Below are positions 55,497 to 64,000 of a DNA stretch of 64,000 nt, piece after piece. The stretch is from assembly GCA_964016885.1 (NCBI GenBank), contig OZ024742.1:157790001-157854000 (forward strand), in the 5' to 3' direction. Position 1 is the stretch's first letter; the number at the start of each line of letters is the position of its first letter. Below the pieces are notes generated by a model. The model did not search any database and had not been told where the DNA came from. It saw only the letters and a list, made by a program, of their open reading frames with translations. Source of the stretch: Eledone cirrhosa. Taxonomy: Eukaryota. A program made the position numbers and the translations under genes.

Positions 55497-57848
55497 ATAT
55501 ATATATATATATATATATATATGGAGATGTTTGAGTACAGCTGTTCACATTGTATTCAATTTGTTTTATATTATTTAACCAGGATTGTTTTTATATATTG
55601 CGGAATGTATTGCATACTGATTCTTTGGTCAATTAATGATCCAAGTTCCATTGTCTACATATCTTGAACTTCTGTGCTGCTTCTTGAGGAAGATGAAAAG
55701 GTGTGATGCGACATCTTTATATTAGGCACGCCTAACGTATTTGATGTAGGAATAAATACCGGAATTTTAATTTGGAATGTTTGACTTACACATCATCTCA
55801 AGTGTTTAGTTTTGTTTTTATACTAATTTATTCAAGTATATATAATGTGAACTGTAGTTTTACCTTTTATACGTTTTCGATATCTTCGTTCGTTGTTTAT
55901 ATTTTCTTTCAATCAATTTCCTCCATAGACGTGCTCTTTTATATTTGTATAAATGGGTAACAGCTTGTCGTTCGACATATGTTATGAAACACACAAATTT
56001 GTTGTTTCGTCTTCTGTATTTATCTAGGTCTTGTTTTACATTGTTCGAAATACATCCTTACGATTTATTCGGAACAACACCTTGCCTACATTTTACTCCT
56101 AGTTGTATAGATCATCATGTCCTCCTCTTCAAGATGTAAGAAGATTACCATGTCTTACTGCAATATTATAGCAGGCAGATTTGACTGGAGTTGAGGAAAT
56201 GACAACCATCCCTGACACAAGCCTAGTGTGTAGATGGATCCGGTTGACAGCATCAGGTGTAAACACATCTCCTGGAATAGAGACTAATGGATGCATCTAA
56301 TCAAGTATACTCCGGTTAATATCTGCGGTAATGTAGCCTTGCTGCATAGTTAGATCATATTGCAGACTTGGCTATTAGCCTTCCTCGTTGTGGAAGCTTA
56401 ATACACATACTGATTTTAGTATAACGAATAACTCGTTGTTACATTCAAGTACCAGATTGAATCATGTGTGGACTCTATGGAGTGGAGATTTTCGTGAACC
56501 CTAGTTGGCCGCCTTTCTAAATATGGTGACTTCCCAAAACACTATGTCCAAATAATGCCAGTTGCCATTTTCTTACTACAGATATGTCCCACAAGATTAG
56601 GGAAATAATAAAATTGATTTTAAAAATCTAACAAACTTTTTTGTCGTGATTATTATGGGTGGTCTTCGTCGTGATGGTAGTGCTTGTGATTGTTGTGTTG
56701 CTATTGTTCAGCAGCAGATCATCCCTGATGGGACAGACCATTGTTCAAATGAATTCCAGTCATGACCTCCTATCTTTAACCAATATGTCCTTCCTTTTAA
56801 CATCGACTGGATATGTTGAGGGCTACTGGATTATTATGTCTAACAGATCATGTGATTTCCTAAAGTGTTCCTCTTTGGTCAAGCTATGGTAGTAAGAGTG
56901 TTGATGTGGTTTTCAAAATTCTGGGACAAACCTTATCAAATAGACAGATGAAAACCAGATATCGGATTTCTTTTTTTTTTTCTGCTGTGTATCAGAAATA
57001 ATGTTTGCAACACTGCAATATTAATATTTGTTTTGTTTTTTTTTTGTTTTTATGTTTGTAATGGGAATATGTCCATCTAGAGATTGATCAGTCTCTCAGT
57101 GTTCACTTTGTTGATTACAGAAAAGCATGTAGCTCATACTTCATATGTTTTTTTTTTCTTTGGACTAAGATGTCCTGATAGAGGTTAACCATTGCCAAAC
57201 GTAAGTTTGTTGAACCTTTCGCTATTCCGAGAACATCTGTCCCGGTTATTCAAGCAAAGGAACAATCTGCCTCTTAAATTAACCTGAAATTGGTGGGCAT
57301 TTCCCAGATGTATGATTCTAAATGTACTTCTCAGTGATATTTAGTGAGACACTGTGTGTATTAATGCTTCTCATTTGAATTAACACGACACATTTTTGCC
57401 TGAAAGAAACAACATGCTACCGAGATGAAACTAACAGCTTTACGCTCGTGAACCAAAAATCCTATCTACTAAGACACAACAACCCAATGCATTTTAGCTT
57501 TCACCAACCCCACTTTTATTTATATTATATCCATTCATTCATATATTCATTTCGATTCATCAAGGGTAACAGTTTTTAAGAATATTCTTTTAGTTTAAAT
57601 TGGAGAGAATTTAGTTTTATTTGAAACAAATTGAGTTGGAGCTTAAAGCTTTCTCGCCGGTTACTTAAACACTTCATATATATATAACCATTTGAGGTAC
57701 GAGCTGTTGCGAAAATGGTGATAGAATTGTCGGCAGTATATTATACACAGTTATTTACTGTCAAAACATGACAAGAGCTAAAAGAAATGTCAGCATTTCT
57801 ATGAGTGAAAATATTGTCAAACACATGAAGTGTTTTATGTCTTGCAAA

Positions 57849-57929
<81 letters not shown>

Positions 57930-58882
57930 CGTGTGTGCGTGTATATGTGTGTGTGTGTATATATATATATATGTGTGTGTGTGTGGGTGGGTGGGTGTGG
58001 GTGTTTCTATGTGAGTCTGTGAGCGCACTTGTGTGAATAATGGTTCTCAGAAGAACCTGAAATTGACGGAGGCATTGCATTTAGAACGGTTTAGATTGAT
58101 ATCTGAAAGTCTAAAGACGTTTTATTACAATCCATGACTGAAGTAGATCTCATGCAATATGTAATCAGTTTTAGAATATCTGATTTATGATTGAAGGTTA
58201 TAGACCACAATGAGAAACGTTTTCAGTTTTCCTCTTAAATAGTACGCGATAAATGCTAGAATTACTTCACAGGGGTTGCAAGGAAATATGTATAAATAAC
58301 GTATACTTCGCAAGGAATCAAGTTCGCCCGAAACAGAAAACAATATTTGAAGTGTGTGTTCATCGTTGCACAGTTGTACTCTTCTTTATGTAACATAATG
58401 CCATAAAGAGGAGAATATTTTATATCCAAAAGTAGAACGAATTTAAAATGTGTAATGAGATTGATTAAATATTCATGTTCAGTATATACAAAGTGCATAC
58501 ATTCATATCAAAGCACAAATACTTACTATAAACCTCGCCCTTGAGGTACATATCTGGATTATTTGAATGATTATTTGACTAAAGTGAAATTTGGAAAACA
58601 CTGCATTGTTTTAAATAGAGAAGGTCTTACTGAAAGTTTCAGCTGGATGTAGACTGCATATTTATGTATATATTGTGCTGGAAGGTAGAGAATAGTAAAA
58701 TAAGCTCATATATTGTATTATGTGTAACAGATACATAGGCATATAATAGATGAAGATATCAAATATTTCATAGAATCAATAGGATAGTTGAGCAGAACAT
58801 CAGCTATTGTAATTGATTTTTTATCATTAATGCGCAATTAGAATTTTTCGCAAATATATTTTTATATAGAGATTCGGCATAC

Positions 58883-59224
58883 GCTGAACTTGACGAGAGG
58901 GTTTAACTATAAAATTGGTCTATATTGATGACATTATCCCAACAGTTATCTGGATAATACTATAACCCATGCATGTCAAGGGTGGGAAATGGTCCCAATT
59001 AAAACTCGATGATAGATATCTTCTGCCTGTTCAACGAAAGCGTAGAATTCATCGGTTTCCGAATACGGGTATCTGAAACCTAGGTTCTGTTTCTAATCTG
59101 CGGGATGATGTTAATGCTATGGGTGCATTATATCTTATCGGTTGGCTGATTTTTCAAGTTTGAACATATCTAAGGGATTAGGATGTACGGCTTCATATGT
59201 GTGGAATCCATAATGTGTAACCAC
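58883..59224 (-). pseudogene. Possible decayed exon
   Basis: Strong acceptor TTGCTTTTCTCTTTAG|; VVTHYGFHTYEAVHPNPLDMFKLEK, FRYPYSETDEFYAFVEQAEDIYHRV and YYPDNCWDN in shifting frames; donor AGC|GTATG. Confidence 0.3.
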
Positions 59225-60680
59225 CTAAAGAGAAAAGCAATGATGAATGCGGTTAACACGTAGGTTGAAACAGTTCTATTTACGATTAGGCAGGCTTCAT
59301 TTACTTAATTGACGTAAAAAACACATCAATTTTTGATTTTACACAATGAGTTATATACTCTAAATAACATATTCTATTTACTACTGTGCAAATATAAAGC
59401 AGGTCATTTTATAGCAAATCTAATTCCTTATTCAACATCCTACCAGGATAACGATCAAGTAAATTTGATATTATTCTTGTAATCCAATAAAATTTAGAAA
59501 CACTACAAGGAAATCCGCAGAAATATTTGACCATTTCATCAATTTTCAGGATATAAGAATAAGATTTCTGTATAAGCCAGTTTATATTCTGTTTAGTTTC
59601 ATTGAATCAAACGAAATCATTTCATGTTGCTTAATTTCTAATTTCTAAAATAAAAATGTGATTGATATATTTCTTTTGCCCCATTGATACATTTCTATTA
59701 ACAAACAAGTATTAGCAAACATTTGAGTATTTGAAAAGTAGCATAAAATTATTGAATGCATTCTATATCATGTAAAATATATTAACTGATATAAATAAAC
59801 ATGACATATGAACACTTTTTTCTTTACGTTTGGGATGGCATGTTCGAATATGATAGTCACGTTGATCAAATATTGCTTAGCTCTAAAGAACAAAAGAGAA
59901 ATGGTTTGGACATCTACTTCACTGCATCATATTCTGTGAAGTGGAATGGATTTATACGATTGTAGTTCTGAATTGCATTCGTAGTATTTAAATCTTAAGA
60001 ATTTGTTTGTTAAATGCTTAGAAATTGCCCTTTATGTATCTATATGATATGCAATTTATGATTATTTTCTTTCACAATTCCTACTTGTGAGGCCAGTGCC
60101 TGTTAGAATTCATAAAGCTTTATAAACTTCATGTGTTTAAATGCTGAAATAATAATTTCAAGGTGGTTTAGGCAATGTTTTAAAAAATATTGTTTATGGC
60201 AAAATTATCCGTTACAATTGTATGGTATGGTCCTGTGACTCCCGATAGAGTTGTAGGGGCGCCGTATTGACATACGGGATTTATTTGGGTTTTTTTAAAC
60301 CTTGCGGAACCCATCCCTCTTAAGACTAGAGTGCAGCAAATTTCTTCCTGAGCTACGTAGAATCGACCCCAGTAGAAGATTAGATACAATATAATTTGTT
60401 AAAAAGTAAAACTCCAGGACATCTCTCAGCTTGCGTAAAGTCGTATACGGTTCTTCTTCAAATCACAGTTTTACGTTTTACCTCGATTAAGCTCTAATTT
60501 ACAGAGCATCACTTAAAGACGCAATGAAGAATTGATGACGTGAATGATGTTGTCTCAATACAATATATTATTGATTTTATGTCTCAGAAAAGAGTCATAT
60601 CTGTATATATTTTACATACAAAAGTGATCAATAAATTGCTGATTGAACAATCAGAAATTACTATATATATATATATATAT

Positions 60681-62430
60681 AGGAAAATAGTCAGGACCCC
60701 GACAGCTGAGCTCCGGCCATTTCGACAGCTAGATCCGAACATCCCTTTTAATCTAGCAAGAAGAATTTGCTCAATTGTCACCAATTATGAAACGCGAAGT
60801 AAAAGAGTTCAATAATTAAAGGAAATTCTGCTCGAAAGACAGTAGCCACCGTTATTAATAGACCATGAAATAGAAAGGGTTAAAGCAATAGGCATTGAAG
60901 AATTACGAAAACCGAAACGAACTCAAGATACGTCCACTATTCTATCATATATCTCAACACACAATCCAAGAAATGCGGAAGCTTAAAACATTATACACAA
61001 GAACATCCCACTATTGAAACAAGACACAAGAATGACAAAAACACTTGAATCACACAAAATAATCAAAGGCAAACGACAACCTAAATCGCTAAAACATTAC
61101 TCACCAATGCCAAATTACCCACCACAAACCCAAACCAACTGTCAAAAAATGTGGTCGCTCTAATCAGAGGAAAAAGTTCGTTGTGAAAAACCATTTCTTT
61201 TGCTCATCAAACAATTTAATTTATGTCATTAAATGTTAAGGATGTAATGAAGATCATATAGGGCAAACTAAAGTCACCCTCAGAAAAAGGTTGTCAATTC
61301 ATAGCCAACAATTACGAGTCCCTACCACAAGACAAACACCAATGAGTGTACATCTAGACATAAGCGTAAACAATAAGACACCCAAATTCCAAGTCTTCCC
61401 ACTTAATCTTTGCACTGACAATACAACATATCAAATAGGAATAAATAAGGAAAATATGTTTATTCAAAAACATAGCCCAACAGTTAATAACTGTTAATAT
61501 ATTAACACCATAACATGCTAAACATCCACACACACACACACACAACACCCTAGTCTACATTCGAAAATAAAAGACCAGAGCTAAATAAATATACTTTAAC
61601 ATAGGTTAATATTTTAACGTTTCAACATGCTAACCATACCCCCCCCCCCCACTCACACGTGTACACGCATACACATAATACCCTTCTCCATTTCTACCAA
61701 TATAATCATTTTCCTACACACACATACACCCTTGCGCACACACAAATAAAAGAAAATCTTTCTTCTTTTCTACGCCGCCACCAAAATCACCACCACCAAC
61801 GAAAACATTCAATTTATTTCAATAAAAAGTCTGAACTTTGACACCTCACCATATCAGCCATACTCACTGAACCAGAACGATTTATCCCCCTCCTATTTCT
61901 TGACCACTATCTTTTGTTTGCCACAAAACTCTCTATCACAAATTACGTATATTATATGGCCAATCACGTGACAGTGAAAATGGTAATAAGACCCTCAAAC
62001 ACGAACTGGCGCGAAATTTGATGTCCTTACTCACGTGACAATCATCAACCAACCAAATTACTCTCATACAAAAACAACAATTTGAGCCACATTTCTAAAG
62101 GCAAAATAACTTTTTTTACGCGAACTGGCGGAACAATTCATTGTACTTATTCACGTGACACTCATTAACCAACCAAATTATTAAAACAAAAAAACAAAAC
62201 AATTCGAGCCACTCTTTTCGAATAAACCAGAAATAACTTTCGAACACCAACCGGATGAAAGCAAAACCACAAACCCTCCATCTCATTCTACGTTTGATAA
62301 GAACTGTGAAACCGGTAAACGAAACAAATAAATATTCTTAAGACTACAGTTGCATTTTCGATTTCTTTTCCTTATATTTTCATTCATGTAGGACATATCG
62401 TTTTTTATTTTAAAAAACACCTTTTCTTAT
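60681..62430 (+). mobile_element. Penelope-like element (Neptune-like C-terminus), 5'-truncated, capped by an inverted F1 short end
   Basis: NIPFNLARRICSIV, YISTHNP, KRQPKSLK, CSSNNLIYVIKC.GC..HIGQT..LRKR..H; 60681-60732 is the F1 terminus on the minus strand. Confidence 0.9.
62289..62323 (+). ncRNA. Degenerate minimal hammerhead in PLE 3' UTR
   Basis: CGTT-TGATAA-GAACTGT-GAAA-CCGG-TA-AACG. Confidence 0.45.
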
Positions 62431-62464
62431 ATATATATATATATGTATATATATAGAGAGAGAG

Positions 62465-64000
62465 AATCGTGCCAAACTCGGTTGCCAAATTACCTTCTTA
62501 AAACTCTGCCTAAAGAAAAACATCATTCCAACCACCATCAGGAATATACATCTACCCGAATGTTTACGATCACCATCCTTCGAAAACACCATCCGCCACA
62601 TTCAACGCACGTTTATCAAGAAAATACTACGACACAACCACCACCAACTGCGACTCCATATACAAACGCTTTCCGAGCACATAGATCGTATAGCTCCAAC
62701 CCTCACCCCTGACCACCAGGTCAAGGAAATACGCAAAGCTATCGATCAGTGTTACCACACCAGAGTCAAATATGATAAACAGCGCCTTATACGGAAATAC
62801 GAATGGACTGTAAACAAATACTACAATGACAACATCCGCTCCCACAGACGGACCGACTACAACCACACCAGGGGCAACAGCTATACAACACCCTCCGCTA
62901 CACCCCCCAACATCGATCTACCTACCAACGATGCTTCACACCTCGTTACCGACCTAACCGGTACCCTCACCAACGACGAACTCGAACTTCTGCGCCTCGG
63001 ACCCAAGTTCATCATTACACAGTGTCTCGATGATAGACTGAAACTCGACATCGAAACCAACTTCTGTCGGACAGCATATCAACTGAAATGGCTAACCGCC
63101 ATCCAAAACAACACCGAGATCGATTACAACCCCACAACCCACCCCACACTCCCCATATATCACCTCGACAACCCACTCCACCCCCCACCCACCAACCACG
63201 AACTTGACACTAAACTACTCAGGTTGAAACATTCTATCTCTAACATCCTTTCCCAACACACACACACAATAAACGCAACCTCACCAATGCACAATTTAAT
63301 ACTCTCACCAACCTAAGATCCAGGAACCTTGTGTACCTTCCCTCTGACAAGGGGAAAGAATTCTGTGTCATCTCGAGAGAGACCTACAACAACTTAGCTC
63401 TCCAACATCTTAATGACCACAGCCTCTACTCGAAAGTCACAGGGACCTCCTCGACTCTAATCGAGGAAGGCATTAACACCATATGGACTAACATCTGTGT
63501 CCAACGAAAACTGCCAAAGAAGGTAAAAAACAACATAATGACTCGAAACAGCAAACTACCCACCTTCTACCACCTGGTTAAAACACATAAACAAGGACCC
63601 GATTTGAAAATCAGGCCCATTGTCTCTAGCGTGGAGGGCCCACTCTACAAAATATCGTGGCTGCTCTCCACACTACTGAAATCCATTCTACACACACTAC
63701 CAGCCCACGTCTGCAGCTCAAAGGAGGTCTTGGAGCGACTACACCATCTGGCGCCCAACGCCAGAAAGGACAACGGTTATGCCTTCAGTCTTGATGTGGT
63801 CGCCCTTTATACCTCCGTACCAGCATCCCCAGCTGTCGACCTGTTGACCGAACGAGTCCGAGCATCTAACTTACACTGCTTCGGACTCACACACACGGAC
63901 ATCCACCAACTCCTCTCCTTCGTTGTGGATAATGCACTCTTCAATTTCCTCGGCCACACGTACAAACAAATCTCTGGGCTACCTATGGGCTCTAGTCTGT
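62465..64000 (+). mobile_element. Penelope/Poseidon-like element, N-terminus and RT, runs off the window
   Basis: FLKLCLKKNIIP, ELLRLGPKF, LPSDKGKEFCV, FYHLVKTHK..IRPIVS, FSLDVVALYTSVP, YKQISGLPMGS; a few frameshifts. Confidence 0.93.

Noticed and set aside
55520-56580. Long minus-strand frame with protein-like patches
   Set aside because: Stop density is about what AT-rich random sequence gives; not supportable without homology.

Overview
AT-rich eukaryotic genomic DNA full of (TA)n, (CA)n, (ACAT)n and (ATG)n microsatellites. The repeat content (a tRNA-type SINE, an RTE LINE with a Cys-rich finger, many Penelope-like elements) suggests a mollusc, probably an octopus; this is an inference. 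No intact host gene is evident, and most long ORFs in the track are microsatellite artefacts. The real coding remnants are retroelements: at least seven Penelope-like element (PLE) fragments (RT and/or GIY-YIG), a CR1/L2-type LINE, RTE-type LINE pieces, an R4/Dong-like restriction-like endonuclease fragment, and several SINE copies, two with 20-bp TSDs. Reading by eye shows about 20 type I hammerhead-ribozyme-like motifs, several with 65-105 nt expanded stem II. Many lie in non-coding fold-back (inverted-repeat) units inserted in (TA)n. These units share one asymmetry: one arm stops at an internal TA microhomology and the other runs 30-115 nt further. This points to priming from both strands of a self-complementary (TA)n target and is the most interesting system here. 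Between the repeats, on the minus strand, is a chain of phase-compatible exons of an unidentified gene carrying nonsense codons (probable pseudogene). All alignments, folds and translations were done by eye; boundaries are approximate unless splice sites are quoted.
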